Assembly: GCF_036971445.1 (NCBI RefSeq)
Contig: NC_091471.1
Span: forward strand, 75,950,001 to 76,014,000
Length of the DNA: 64,000 bases
From: Narcine bancroftii
Taxonomy: Eukaryota
Direction: 5' to 3'
The notes under the pieces are model-generated. The model worked only from the letters and a program-made list of their open reading frames with translations, was not told the origin of the DNA and did no database searches. Positions 40,073 through 53,613 of the stretch are shown here, piece after piece (the stretch's first letter is position 1; each line of letters starts with the position of its first letter). The position numbers and the translations under genes are program-made.

Positions 40073-41789
40073 CTTTGGCTTGGCTTCGCGGACGAAGATT
40101 TATGGAGGGGGTAAAAAGTCCACGTCAGCTGCAGGCTCGTTTGTGGCTGACAAGTCCGATGCGGGACAGGCAGACACGATTGCAGCGGTTGCAAGGGAAA
40201 ATTGGTTGGTTGGGGTTGGGTGTTGGGTTTTTCCTCCTTTGCCTTTTGTCAGTGAGGTGGGCTCTGCGGTCTTCTTCAAAGGAGGTTGCTGCCCGCCAAA
40301 CTGTGAGGCGCCAAGATGCACGGTTTGAGGCGTTATCAGCCCACTGGCGGTGGTCAATGTGGCAGGCACCAAGAGATTTCTTTAGGCAGTCCTTGTACCT
40401 TTTCTTTGGTGCACCTCTGTCACGGTGGCCAGTGGAGAGCTCGCCATATAACACGATCTTGGGAAGGCGATGGTCCTCCATTCTGGAGACGTGACCCATC
40501 CAGCGCAGCTGGATCTTCAGCAGCGTGGACTCGATGCTGTCGACCTCTGCCATCTCGAGTACTTCGACGTTAGGGATGTAAGCGCTCCAGTGGATGTTGA
40601 GGATGGAGCGGAGACAACGCTGGTGGAAGCGTTCTAGGAGCCGTAGGTGGTGCCGGTAGAGGACCCATTATTCGGAGCCGAACAGGAGTGTGGGTATGAC
40701 AACGGCTCTGTATACGCTTATCTTTGTGAGGTTTTTCAGTTGGTTGTTTTTCCAGACTCTTTTGTGTAGTCTTCCAAAGGCGCTATTTGCCTTGGCGAGT
40801 CTGTTGTCTATCTCATTGTCGATCCTTGCATCTGATGAAATGGTGCAGCCGAGATAGGTAAACTGGTTGACCGTTTTGAGTTTTGTGTGCCCGATGGAGA
40901 TGTGGGGGGGCTGGTAGTCATGGTGGGGAGCTGGCTGATGGAGGACCTCAGTTTTCTTCAGGCTGACTTCCAGGCCAAACATTTTGGCAGTTTCCGCAAA
41001 GCAGGACGTCAAGCGCTGAAGAGCTGGCTCTGAATGGGCAACTAAAGCGGCATCGTCTGCAAAGAGTAGTTCACGGACAAGTTTCTCTTGTGTCTTGGTG
41101 TGAGCTTGCAGGCGCCTCAGATTGAAGAGACTGCCATCCGTGCGGTACCGGATGTAAACAGCGTCTTCATTGTTGGGGTCTTTCATGGCTTGGTTCAGCA
41201 TCATGCTGAAGAAGATTGAAAAGAGGGTTGGTGCCAGAACACAGCCTTGCTTCACGCCATTGTTAATGGAGAAGGGTTCAGAGAAGTGGCAAAGCAGCAG
41301 GTATGGATGGAATCCCCCCAGAAGTCTGGAAGGCTGGCGGCAAAACTCTGCATGCCAAACTGCATGAGTTTTTCAAGCTTTGTTGGGACCAAGGTAAACT
41401 GCCTCAGGATCTTCGTGATGCCACCATCATCACCCTGTACAAAAACAAAGGCGAGAAATCAGACTGCTCAAACTACAGGGGAATCACGTTGCTCTCCATT
41501 GCAGGCAAAATCTTCGCTAGGATTCTACTAAATAGAATAATACCTAGTGTCGCCGAGAATATTCTCCCAGAATCACAGTGCGGCTTTCGCGCAAACAGAG
41601 GAACCACTGACATGGTCTTTGCCCTCAGACAGCTCCAAGAAAAGTGCAGAGAACAAAACAAAGGACTCTACATCACCTTTGTTGACCTCACCAAAGCCTT
41701 CGACACCGTGAGCAGGAAAGGGCTTTGGGAAATACTAGAGCGCATCGGATGTCCCCCAAAGTTCCTCAACATGATTATCCAACTGCACG
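40073..41789 (-). mobile_element. RTE-clade LINE insertion with 5' inversion and 13-bp TSD
   Basis: 40073-41283 (-) runs from LSEPFSINNGVKQGCVLAP through LLFADD to the 3' end, with one nonsense codon at 40668. 41284-41789 (+) is the upstream RT part (SGKAAGMDGIPPE..YRGITLLS..FVDLTKAFD..QLH). TSD atggcataaacat at 40060-40072 and 41790-41802. Confidence 0.95.
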
Positions 41790-43449
41790 ATGGCATAAAC
41801 ATACGATGATTAAAACTATTATAACTCCCCTCCACTGCATTCAGAGGGGGAATAATTGGTGAAGGGGGGGGGATCTGTCTGTCCATAAAACATTGAGGCA
41901 AGTTGTGCTTGGTGAGGCAAATAGCCTACTTTGTGTAGACAAAGTCACAATAGTATCGGTATATGGAGGTTGGCGATCACGGCTTTGTGTCCTGAAGGTT
42001 TAGTCCTTATGAGACTTGTTTCCTCAGTTGTCCAGAGGCTTTGCTTTCATTGAAAAGTAGCACCTAGGGAAGGAGAAATAATCCGTCTTCCAAAGTCTGT
42101 TGTGCATCATCATTGTTGGAGCTGTGGTTGTACAACTGGGATAAGTTGGTCGAGGATATTTTAAATTTGCTTCTTTTTTTACATATGTGGTCCATTCTCT
42201 CATATGTTTCGAAAAAGTAACTTGGAGCCTAGCCTCCAAACATGTATGTGCACAAGTGTTGCCTATGCATACAGCTGAATGGTTGAGGTTGGAAGGCAAT
42301 GGATGTTGATCATTTGTCCTGTAAACTAGCTCCATTGGAGAAGGAAGCATTGCAATTTTGAAGTGCAAAAAGCATTGGAGCTGAGAAGCAACCTTAAGCT
42401 TGACACTGGTCTCAACTAAGTGTTCACCTATTGTTTGTAAACACAGCTTACTTGCCATCATGTTTCAGATATTAGATACAGACAAATTTGATGTGCTATG
42501 ATGCTAGGGAATGATTGCACCAGCTAAATTTGTGAAAGACGCTCCATAATCCTTCTCAGTTGATGGAGCCAAAGACCATGCAGTCAAGGATAAGATGCCT
42601 TTTTTGGAGTTGTCTCATGTGAAGAGCGTGACCATTGTATCTCCAGATGGATGAACTTTACCTTGCAATTCAGGAAGTTATTCATCAGCCACTGGGAGGA
42701 GATGATTATGGAGGATCAGGTAATGACTTTGGCTGTAACAGATGGGCAGGAGACCACTCTGTGTAGGTCCCATCCCAGAAGCTGGTCACAATTACAACAT
42801 TTCAAACACCCACGGACATGTCCTCCTATTCCCAGACATAGGAAATTAGGTTGTGAATTTATGACTGAAATTCCTTCCTGCCAATTTTTTGAGCTACAGC
42901 AAAGATACCATCTGCTACTGAGGTCTTGTTGTTTTACATTTGGCATATGGCCTTTTCAGCTCTTGAAGGCCTTGTCAGTCTGGAGTGGATTAACAGTGGA
43001 TCATTAGTTGAAAAGTGATTTGGGACATCCTCAGGCTATGAACTGAGCAATCTGAACACAATGATATTAACAGATGCCACAGGTAGCATGTTCACCCGTT
43101 CTGTTCTGGATGTACTACATATACAACTGCAGGCAGATTTTTCTTTCTGCTTTGTAATTTGGTTTATCAACAGAAAAATCAAAAGACCATTGACATAAAA
43201 GATTAACTTCTGCTTCTTCTCTCACAAATGCTCCCTAACTTGTTTATATTTAAGGTTTTCAGCATCTAGTTTTTCTGATTTAATTTTTATTTTGCTTCCT
43301 ATTTTTACATTTCTGCAGACTGTGATTAGTTGGGCCCTGTTAGATTGGCACAAGTGACTACCACAACCATATTGGGCATATGTTTGGATGAGGTGGTTAA
43401 CTTCTATCTTTCTGTGTTCACATGTGAAAAGTATGCTACCAATGAACAA

Positions 43450-43965
43450 AGAATATAGAGCCCTACTGCACAGTACAGGCCCTTCAGCCCTCAATGTTAT
43501 GCCAAACCATATATTCCTTAAAAAAAGTACTAAACCCTCCTTACTCTGTAACCCTCTATTTTTCTTTCATCCATGTGCCTGTCTAATGTTTCAGCCTCCA
43601 CCATCATCCCTGGCAAGACATTCCTGGCATTCACAACTCTCTGAATAAAAAAAAAACTTACTCCTGATGTCTCCCCTAAATTCTCTCCCTTCACTTTGTA
43701 CATATGTCTTCTGCATGTTTGCTATTCCTGCCCTGAGAAACAGGAGCTGGCTGTTCACCCTATGTATGCCTCTCAGAATCTTGTAGACCTCTATCAAGTC
43801 TCCTCTCATCTTTCTATGTTCCAAAGATAAAATTCCCAGTTCTACTACCCTTACCTCATAAGAGTTGTTTTCCATCCAAGCAAATCCTGGTAAATTTCCT
43901 CTGCACCCTCTCCAGAACTTCCACATCCATCCTATAATGAGGTGACCAGAACTGAATGCAATTCT
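43450..43965 (-). mobile_element. CR1 3' fragment
   Basis: ORF 43591-43926: LSLEHRKMRGDLIEVYKILRGIHRV. Confidence 0.8.
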
Positions 43966-44837
43966 TTAAGTGACTTCAAACTCTCCAAAGCATGGAAACT
44001 GGAAAGAGCTGTAAGCAGTAATTATGAATGCCAATCTCCAAAAGCAAATGGATGTTCACAATATTATGTGCTCCTCTATTCATTTTCATTTGAATGGGAC
44101 TGTCACTTTAAGAGAACATATCAAACTGCAAACCCTGCAAACTTTGAAGATGACTGTGGCTAACAGCACACTGGGACAGCGTGCACTCAATTCGCTACTT
44201 CTGAAGACAGAGGAAGTGGAACACAGGTGCAGAGTCATATGAACAACTGATTTTAAAAAAGTATATTGTTTAATCAGGTGCCATTTTAAGGAAGCAGCAG
44301 AGGAGCAGCTGCTCTTTGAGGAATGAAAGGTAAAAGTTCCATTATTGTCACATAATACTACATTAAGAATGTAACATACATGGCATTCTTTAACTGTGCA
44401 GAAGTAGCTTTGTGTGGCCAAATGAAAGGTCACTTTTGAAAGGGGAATTGTTAAATTCCACTGTGGCCAAAGGAAAGCTCACTTTGAACTGACCTGAATT
44501 TGGGGTTCTGGAAGCAGAGGAACTACTGCATTTGGATCATGACCATTGTGATGGTCATTTCAGCTGACCCACAAAAGAGTTCTGGAAGCTTTGTGAGGTT
44601 CACTCACTTTGTATCACCTATGCCAAGAAAAGGGGAATTTTGACTTCCACTTGTCTGAAAGGACATTTCTCTGGAAGCACCACGACAAGGATTTTGTGAG
44701 TTTTCAACAGTCTGTCACCTGGTCTCTCCCACCTACTCCATGATTACTTCTTTGCATCAATTTAATGCCTGCATGTCAACACTGGATTTTAGAGACTAAA
44801 CTTTGAACTGACATTCTAGAATTGTTCCTGAGCTGTA

Positions 44838-44906
<69 letters not shown>
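44838..44906. repeat. (CA)n microsatellite, possibly within an LTR-like repeat (about 44410-45052)
   Basis: About 34 CA units with one interruption. The surrounding LTR-like call is weak (AATAAA and CA end, no TSD). Confidence 0.9.
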
Positions 44907-44908
<2 letters not shown>

Positions 44909-45416
44909 TATATTTGTGTATAGTTGGGGGTTAGGTTAGGTTTAGGTAAGTTAGATAAGGTGTTATATTATTAGTAATGAATAATAAAAATATTATTTTA
45001 AATATAACACCTATCTTCATGAATTTCTATTGCTGTTGTCTTAGTACATAACAACAGAAAATCATCTTCAGCATTCATCATGTTTTTTAAAATCAGAAGA
45101 AAAAAAATCACTGTTGAATTTGTTGATGCGTGTATCATCAAGTCAATACTCTGATTAGACTTTTGAAATAAGAAAACCCTTCGACTTCCTGATTTTGATG
45201 AAGTGTTCCAATCCAAAATGTTGACCATTCTCTTTCTCCTAATGTTGCTGTTCAAGACTGTTGATGTCCTCCAGCAGGTTGTTGATTTTTTTTTGCTCCA
45301 GATTCCTGCATCTTCAGTCAATCGAGTACCTGGCTTCGCTGTTGCATGTTCATTTGTCTCAATGTACAATTCCTCCGAGTCGATGCACATTAACTAAGTT
45401 GCGATTGTGCTTTCAG

Positions 45417-45511
45417 GGAAATTACGATGGTGAACTTCATAAACACCCACAGCTTGAAGCTGACCTAGCAGCCGTGAGAGAGATCTATGGACCTGTTGCA
45501 GTATCCCTCAG
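45417..45511 (+). CDS. PARP8: PARP8 internal coding exon (95 bp, phase 0 to phase 2)
   Basis: Acceptor tgctttcAG and donor AG|GTACTT. Translates GNYDGELHKHPQLEADLAAVREIYGPVAVSL(R) versus recalled human VNYDGELHKHPQLEADLSAVREIYGPHAVSLR. All four exons join in one open frame. Confidence 0.94.
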
Positions 45512-46161
45512 GTACTTTACCCTGTCATGCAGTTTATCGAAAAAGGAACAGCCCTGCAATAAAGTTGACAGGAATGTTCTCAACTCATTGTGCAATTTTA
45601 ATATCTGTTTACGTGTCATGCTCATCATTGCAATCTAAAACTACTCCGGTGGTTCATTTTACCTTTCCAATCTTTCGGCAACTTTGCGACAAAGATAGGA
45701 AGACTTTTGAGAAAAATTGCAATCTTGAAACCTAGTTTTGAAATCTATTTGAGAGGCAACTAAAAAAAAAAACCAAATATGAAAAAAAAAGCTGGCCTCA
45801 GAGGGATTCTGTGTGCCTGCGTGTTGATTGTAATTTACTTTCGTAAACTATTGAACCGGCTGAATAGGGGATTTAGTCATACATGTCATAATCACTTTTA
45901 ATTGTGTCAAAGTGAATGAAAGAATTAATGTTCCAAGTGATGAAAATTGCCCTGTAGGGACCATGCTGACATTTCTGTTTTCCATTGCACTCTTTGTGGC
46001 TATTGTTTCCCCCATGTTGTCAGGTATAATGCAAATCTTTCTGCACCAAGTACACAGAAGGTGGACCAGAGGGTATCACGATGATTATTTGTTAAAGTGC
46101 TTTGCTCACAGCTCAAATCTGGACCCTTCCCCACACCAGAGAAATCCTAACATTTGAAAAT

Positions 46162-46457
46162 CTCACTCACCTGAGCTCATTCCTGAATTTATTGAAGGAA
46201 GGTCAAGGAATAATGGTTTTAAATGGAAGAACTAACTTTGTGTATAGTGCAAATTTATTCATTATTTTGGCCATCTCAGGAGATAAAAAAACTCAGTTCC
46301 TAACCATCTGGTCCACATAACCCCTGTGGCTCACTCACCTGAGCTCATTCCTGAATTTATCGAAGGAAATTAAAGGAATAATGATTTTAAATGGAAGAAC
46401 TAACTTTGTGTATGGTGCAAATTTATTCATTAGGTTGGCCATCTAAGGAGATAAAAA
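46162..46457. repeat. Direct duplication of 128 bp with a 40-bp spacer
   Basis: 46162-46289 and 46330-46457 (period 168) align with scattered substitutions. Confidence 0.9.
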
Positions 46458-49400
46458 TTGGGTAGCTTCCTCACTTTCCACACAATATCTAGATTTATTA
46501 CAGCAGATTATTAAAATTGGAATAATTTTAATGTATAATGCATTGTGTAAAATGTAAATGTCCTAGAGAATGGTAAATCACATTCATAGAACAATTACTC
46601 CTTTTAAGTTATAAAGCAATCAATGTAAATTGTATTTGATATTTCTAGATGTTTGCAGGCAATTTGTAGATAATACATAAACAAGTATTAACATTTTTGT
46701 AACCTACTTTAACTTGTATATTTACTTAGGTTTTATGGAATATGCAAGTATGTGTCTGTGTTTGCTTCTATTATCCCTTGTAATTGACAAAATGTGAAGC
46801 TTTTTAGATTTGTCTGGATGACTGCAAATCAGGAGTATAACTTTTATTAAATTGTGCAAACTTGCATGTTGCTGTGAACGTCAGCATTCACTTGGCAGCT
46901 GCAGGTACTGCAAGAAGATAGTGGTGAAGCACATTCTTGAACTGCTGCAGATTTTCCAGATAAGCTCCACTTACTGTCATGGTGAGTGGAGATTTAGACC
47001 CAATGACAATGAAAAACACAACAGTCCATTTCCAAGGCATAATATGGGGGACATGGAAGGAAGCGTATAGATGTGGCATTTCCATCTGCCTATAATTGTC
47101 ATGGTTTTGAGAGGTGCTGTTAAAATAGCCTTGCTGAGTAACTTCAGTGCCTTTTATAGATGATTAACACAACAGTTTTCAGAATCAGAATTTATTGTCA
47201 CAAGCAAGTCATGAGATTCAGTGTTTTGCCGCGCCATCTTACTACATCACTGTAAGAATAAGGATAATAGTGCACGAGAAATGAGTTTTTGGTTCGTCAA
47301 ATTATTGATTATTCAGGGATCTGTGCCCTGATGCCGGATGGAATCAACATTTGGAGTAATTTATGGGATGTCAATCGTCATCTGTATTTTCTTCAATGTT
47401 GTCAAACTTTTTGAATGTTGTTGGACTGGCTTCTTCCAGGGAAGTGGAGGATGTTCCATCATGCACCTGACTTACACTGAATAAGAAATCCCACAGTATC
47501 ATTGCAATTAATCCAGCTTCAGGTCAGTGATGGTCTTCCCACCCTGATGTCCATGATAATGCCATTGAGTATTAGAAAATGGTTAGACGCTAGACTATTT
47601 GTTGTTGAAGGTAGTCACTGCTTGGCACAAGTGTGGTAGGAATGTTACTTTCTGCTGAATAACTTATGGCACTGGGCAGCAAGCATTGGTCTAACAGTGG
47701 ACTCCTCATGGATTTCAGTATGGGAGAGGGAAATACCCCACCATTACATTGTGCGTACTCGTGTGAAAACTTTGAAATTGATCCAGTGTTGGAAAATATA
47801 TTATTTGCTTAGACTGAATGAAAAGGAACCACACCCTCTCCCCCTCCCCCACAAATAACTTTGGGTGAAAGATGGCTCAGATCTTCTAAAAATATATATT
47901 TTAAATCTTACCATTTTCTTAAATATTTATCAGGTTGTTAGTTTTGTTAATCTGAAGTGTTCTGTTTTCTGCAGTTTACTCTATTTAAGCAATTACATTT
48001 ATTTAAGTTTGCTTTATTATTTTAATGGATTGAAAATAGTTTTGAAAGGTCTTCAAAAGATAGTTCTGGGTAAGTCTGGGGCATGCTTAGCTAGCTGTTA
48101 ATATCTGTTATTCACGTGTGGGTGGATTTAATTTGGCGATCCCCACTGATGTCATTTATGATAAACAAGGCTGTTTTGAGGCACACTGCTTATATCGTGG
48201 AGAATTCCCCTGGCACTTTCCATATTCATCATGGGAAGATCGCCAGGGGTAAGCTAATCAATTTTTTTCAGAGTTCAGCGGCAAGCCAATGGGGCTTGTG
48301 GCTATCTGTTAAATCAGACTCATTATGAATAATTTGGAATGTAAATGACTGTCTGAAAATCAGAAGACATTTGCAGAGAAATTTCCTTGAGGATACTGTC
48401 AAGGGTCTTCCTCATTTATGATTGCAATTGAATAGATGAACAAGCAGTTCATCACTTGTGGAATCGGGGTGACAAGGCTTGCATTTGCAAATGTCTGTCT
48501 CCGGCTTTGAAGCGCAAATCCAGAAGCAGAATATGTTCTTGCTGGGAGGGATATAAAAGTGAACAGGCCTAATGGAGAGTCAGTTCGATAGAGAGACATT
48601 GCAGGAGGAGAGTAGTGTGTGTCGATATTAAATACAGGTGTACACTGAATAGGCTAGTAATAGTACCATATGAAGAGTAAATGAGTAAAAAGATGGCAGG
48701 AGTAGGCATAACACTAGTAGAGCACCAGTAACAGGTTCAAATCCTCAGTTGTACCATCGGAGGTTTTAATAAACACTCAGAGAAGCTTGTAAGTTTACAG
48801 CACGAACTTTTAGTCACATCTCAGGTTGCCGGTCATGTATGAATACACTGTCTCACTGAGCATGCTCACCACTCAAGTGTGATGAGGCTCTTACAGTCTT
48901 GCAGTGTTTGTGCTCCAGCATAAAATAGTCCCAAGTTTCCACTGCTTGTAAGGGGTGGGTATGTTTTTCCTGTGTCCCCATAGATTTCCTCTGGGTGCTC
49001 TGAATTCCTCACATGGGTGTATTTGCACAGGACTGTCTCATGAGGTGGAAGGGCCTGTGACCATGCTGTATCGCTTATTAAAATTAAAAGTAAAAAGTTA
49101 TCACATCAAACAGTTATACTGTTTCAGAAAATGCAACCAAATTAACAACTATTTCACATTATTTGGAATAAAGATATGAAGATGAAGATTTTGAAATTAT
49201 TTACTTGGGAAAGAGTACACGAAAGAGCACGTGAGAAGAAAATGTTATTTGAGGAAAGTATTATTCAACATTTAAGATCCTGATGAGAAAGGGCCCATGG
49301 GCTTAATTAAAAACTGATCAAACATAAAGATTTACTGGGCCCGAACATGCGGCAACCTTTGCCATTCTCAGGAAGGAAGTTGGTTGTGAAACTCCTGATG

Positions 49401-49599
49401 AGGCCAATATTTCGAGCGTGATCCAAAGCACTGATTTATTTCTCGAATTTTGACTTTTGCAGGGGATTCTTGTTGAGATTGAACTTTCATCCACCCTAAA
49501 TATTTCACCTCATTGGATAGAATATGGATGAGGGCAGAGGATTCCCAAATGGCAAAACTCGCAGAATTGAGCTCACCGAAGTTCAATTCATGGATAATC

Positions 49600-51510
49600 T
49601 ATTACATTAATCATAGGTATTTGCAGCATGGAAAAAAGCCCCTTCAGTTAAACATATCTATGCCAGCCAAGTTGCCTGAGCTAGTCCCAATTGCTTCCAT
49701 TTGGCCCATATCCCTCTAAACCTATACAATCCATGCACCTCTCTAAATGTCTTTAAAAATTGTAATTGTCTCCACTTTGACCACTTAGTCTAGCAGCTCG
49801 TTCCACATAACAACAACCCTCAGTGTGAAAAAGTTGTCTCTCGGATCCCCTTTAAACCTTCATCACATGAAATCCGTAGCCTCTTGTTTCTGATATTCCT
49901 GCTCTGGTGAAAAATACCTCATTTATTCATCTTATGATTTTATGTATCTCCATAAAGTCACTCCTCAGTTTCCTATGGTCTGGGGAAAACAATCACAGCT
50001 TACCTTGCCTCTCCCTATAACCTAAGTCCTCATCTTTATGAATCTTCTCTGCTCACTTTCAAGCTTAGTGACATCTTTCCTTTGGTGAGGCAACCAAAAT
50101 TGTACACAAAACTCCAAGTGTGATCTTACCAATGTCTTGTACATTTGCAATGTTACATTCCAACTCTTGTAGTTAGTGCCCTAAGCAATGAAGGCAAGTG
50201 TGGCAACTGCCTTGTCTACCTGTGTCACCACTTTCAGGGAACTACATTCTTGTATCCTAACGCTCTCAATTCTACAAGGGTCTTCAGTTTCTTGCCATCA
50301 ATTGTGTAAGTTACAGTATATCCTGATTAAATCTCCCAAATATCTTGCTAATGCCCATCAGCAATTCCTTGGTCCACTTTCACAGATGATCTCAGTAATC
50401 TGTGGTAATCTTAGATAACATTTTTCACTGTCCACTATGCCACCAAATTTGTTGTTGTACACAAAACTATTAACCATGACAACTACATTCACTTCCAAAA
50501 CATTAATATAGATAGACCCAGCACAAAATCCTCTAGCAGAGCATTTCCCACATACCTCCAACATGCATCACAACCATCCACTACCACACTATGGCTCCTA
50601 TCACCAAGCCAGTTTTATATCCAATTGGCAAGCTCACCCTGGATCCTATATGATCTAACATTCTAGAATAGTCTACTGTGTGGGACCTTGTAAAAAAGGT
50701 TTATGTCAACATTGTTTTTTTTTTTGCCTTGACCGCATCAGTCCTCTTTGTTGCCTCTTCAAACAAACCGAATGATTTTTTTGAGACATGATTTCCTAAT
50801 CTGTCCTTCTTTCCAAATGTAGGGGCACGCTGAATCTCCGAATGTCCTCCAGTAACTATCCAACCATTGAAGTTAGGCTCAACAGCCTGTAGTTCTTTGG
50901 CTTGTCCTTATAGCCCTTAATAAAAGGCACACAATTAGCCACCTTCCAGTAATCACCCATGGCTAATGATGATACAAGTATCTCTGCTGGGGAAGCAGGA
51001 GCTTCTTCCGCAGTTTCTCACAATGTCAGAGAATGCACTTGATGAGGGAGTTATCTATCTTTACGTACTTTAAGAATGCCAGTAGCTTTTCAACTGTAAT
51101 ATGGATATCACTATTCTGTTTCTTGTATTCCCTATCTTCCATGACATTTAAATTTTTATTTTTTTATTGTTCATCATATACAATACAATAAAACCATTAA
51201 ACAATGTCATCACACAATGAAAGTCAACAAGAAAATTGTGTCATCTACTTTTACACACTGGATCAAGTCATTTTGTCTTCTTATCAGGACCTTTTCCATG
51301 ACAAAAACAGACAAGAAATATTGATTTAAGGCCTTAACCATTTCCTATGGCTTCACCGAAAGAGACCACATTGATCTTGAAGGGAATTTACTCTCTCCAT
51401 GATTAACTTTTTGGACAATGTACTGATAAAATTTCATAGCATTCTCCTTTATATCACCTGCCAAAGCAATCATATGCCATTTCCTGCCCTCCAGATATCT
51501 CTCTTAAGTG
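49600..51510 (-). mobile_element. Decayed CR1 LINE with a nested ~140-bp L1 3' UTR piece (about 51147-51288)
   Basis: Minus-strand remnants YINVLEVNVVVMVNSFVYNNKFGGIVDSE and the typical CR1 3' end. 51175-51286 closely matches L1 3' UTR 33327-33438; ttccatgaca occurs on both sides. Confidence 0.75.
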
Positions 51511-53062
51511 TACATTGATGTATATTGTGAAATTCCACAATTACGACGCTTCTGATGGTTTCATCCTGGAACTTTCATTGGTACATTGCCATAATTCCAA
51601 ATGCTCGCCAGGGTCTGCTCTTGGGTTCTACCATGACTCACAAGTCCTGCTCCCTGCCCCCTCCTAGTCTCTGGTATTCAGAACTTGCATGTGAATGAAG
51701 CACAGGGCAAAGCGCAGATGACTGGAAGAACACAAAGTGGCAAGGAAATAAACAACTAATTTATCAGCTCAACCAGAATAAATCCTGTAAGAGGAAAATA
51801 GACCATCAGTGCATGGCAGTTCATTTGAGCTGTTTGTCAGTGATATATCAGATCACAACACCAGATGGAAAGTTCAGTAAAATGTTCTTAAACCATAAAT
51901 CTAATATCTAGCACAGATGAAGGATGTAAAACATTATAAAATCTTATTCACTTAGATATAAAAGGATCAATTTATCTTACGCTGCCTCCCAATGCAGCAA
52001 CCTCACAGGAACTATGTTTCCTTCCTTATTTCCTGGAAGCTCTGAAACGTGGTCTCTGTCACATGCACAATATCTCTCCACTTATTTACAGCAAAATCAC
52101 AATGTTGGAGAAAATCAGATCAAACAGCACAAATTATGTAGCAAAGATAAAGATACTGGAATCGCAGTGGACACGACTAAATAACCACACAAGGTGTTTT
52201 TAGAGTGAATCAAATGATTTACTTGTCATCACACGTGCAACCATTTAAAAGCCGGAATCATGCGCTCTGAGGTCATCACACACTGATGTTACATGGCCAG
52301 TTCAATGCCTCCTGGGAGTTGTAGTGCCGCCATAGCGTTACTGCACATAACCAACGGTTCGAACTTGGGCCCTTCATCAAATTGTGCAAAATGTAGGCAG
52401 GAGTCTGAATAAAAAGGTGGGGAGAGAGGGCAGGGAAAAGATCCTAGGCCCACAGACATGAAAAATCCTGCGTGGGCAAGGCAAAAAATATTATTGAAGT
52501 TGCACCTCACTCTAACTATGGAGTTCTTACTCTATTTCCCTCTGTTGGGCCCTTCAGGAGCCTCCACTCCTGAACCAGCATGCTCAGGAAGAGCTTCTCT
52601 CCTGAGTTCATGACCTGCTGAATATTACATCACAGTACTGAGCAGTGTTGCACACATATTATACTGTCAGTACTTGTATATTTCTTTGTTTGCTGGAGCG
52701 CTTGCTTTTATTCACAGTTACTTATTACATCTGATTAGATCCTAATTACATTTCATTGACTTGTGTTTGCACTTGCCACAATGACAATAAAGTTGAATCT
52801 AATCTATTCTAAGAGATAACAGGTGGATAAGGTATGGAGGGCACAACAGAAAACAGAGGGAGGGGGATAGCTTTTTGAATGGAGTGAAGGAAGCAAGAGG
52901 AAAGGAGACAGAGCGGTAGGGAAGAGAGGGAGTACAGGGAGTCATCTAGCAGAAACGGGAGAAGTCAATGTTAATGCTATCCAGAGAGAATATTAGGTGT
53001 TTTCCTAAAATTTACAAATGACCTTAGTTTGGCAGTGCATGAGGCCATGGACAGACATATCT

Positions 53063-53613
53063 CAGTGGCCGATTAACTGCCACCAAGGCCCCTAGGCTCA
53101 GCTTTAGTAAGGCTCCCCCTCAATAACTCCCCCCCACCCCGTCCCACCATACATTGAATAGAATAAAGTGATGTTAAGTTACATTAAATAACTTGTATTA
53201 GGAGTCTGCAAAGTGGTTGCTATCAACACCTAGGGGTCGATGGGACTATCCAAAGGGTCGAACAATGTCATGTGGTCGAAAGGAGGACAATAAATGCCCG
53301 GGTGGTTGATTGAACGTTTTTGGGTTTGGAAGAATTGTTGATCCCGAGATTCCCCACTTGTGCCTGGGACCCTGAGATCCCCACTCCTGCTTGGGATCCC
53401 GAGGTCCCCACTCCTGCCTGGGAACCCAAGGTCTCTGGTCCTGCCTGGGTCCCTGAGGTTCCCACTCCTACTGGGAAACTGTGGTCCCCGCAGCCCCCAC
53501 TCCTGCCGTCCCCACTACTGCTGGGGGCACGACAACCCCGTTCCAGGCGGGCACCACTCCTTTATGGGCCCCTAGGCTTAAGCCTTCTCAGCTTAATGGT
53601 TAACCCACCACTG
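53063..53613. mobile_element. hAT-like MITE (same termini as 7638-8612, opposite orientation) containing a 27-bp minisatellite (about 53342-53475, ~5 units)
   Basis: cagtggccgattaac ... gttaacccaccactg; unit ccctgagatccccactcctgcttggga. Confidence 0.78.

Noticed and set aside
42024-43007. ORFs of 145 and 118 aa in apparently unique sequence
   Set aside because: No recognisable motifs or splice context; most likely chance ORFs or very old repeat.
45261-45638. 125-aa ORF as a standalone gene
   Set aside because: Only 45417-45511 is the PARP8 exon; the rest is intronic read-through. The same applies to ORF 357-569.
48750-48945. Possible solo LTRs here (inside a SINE) and at about 52137-52344
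   Set aside because: LTR-like composition and TG starts, but no clear CA end with a matching TSD.
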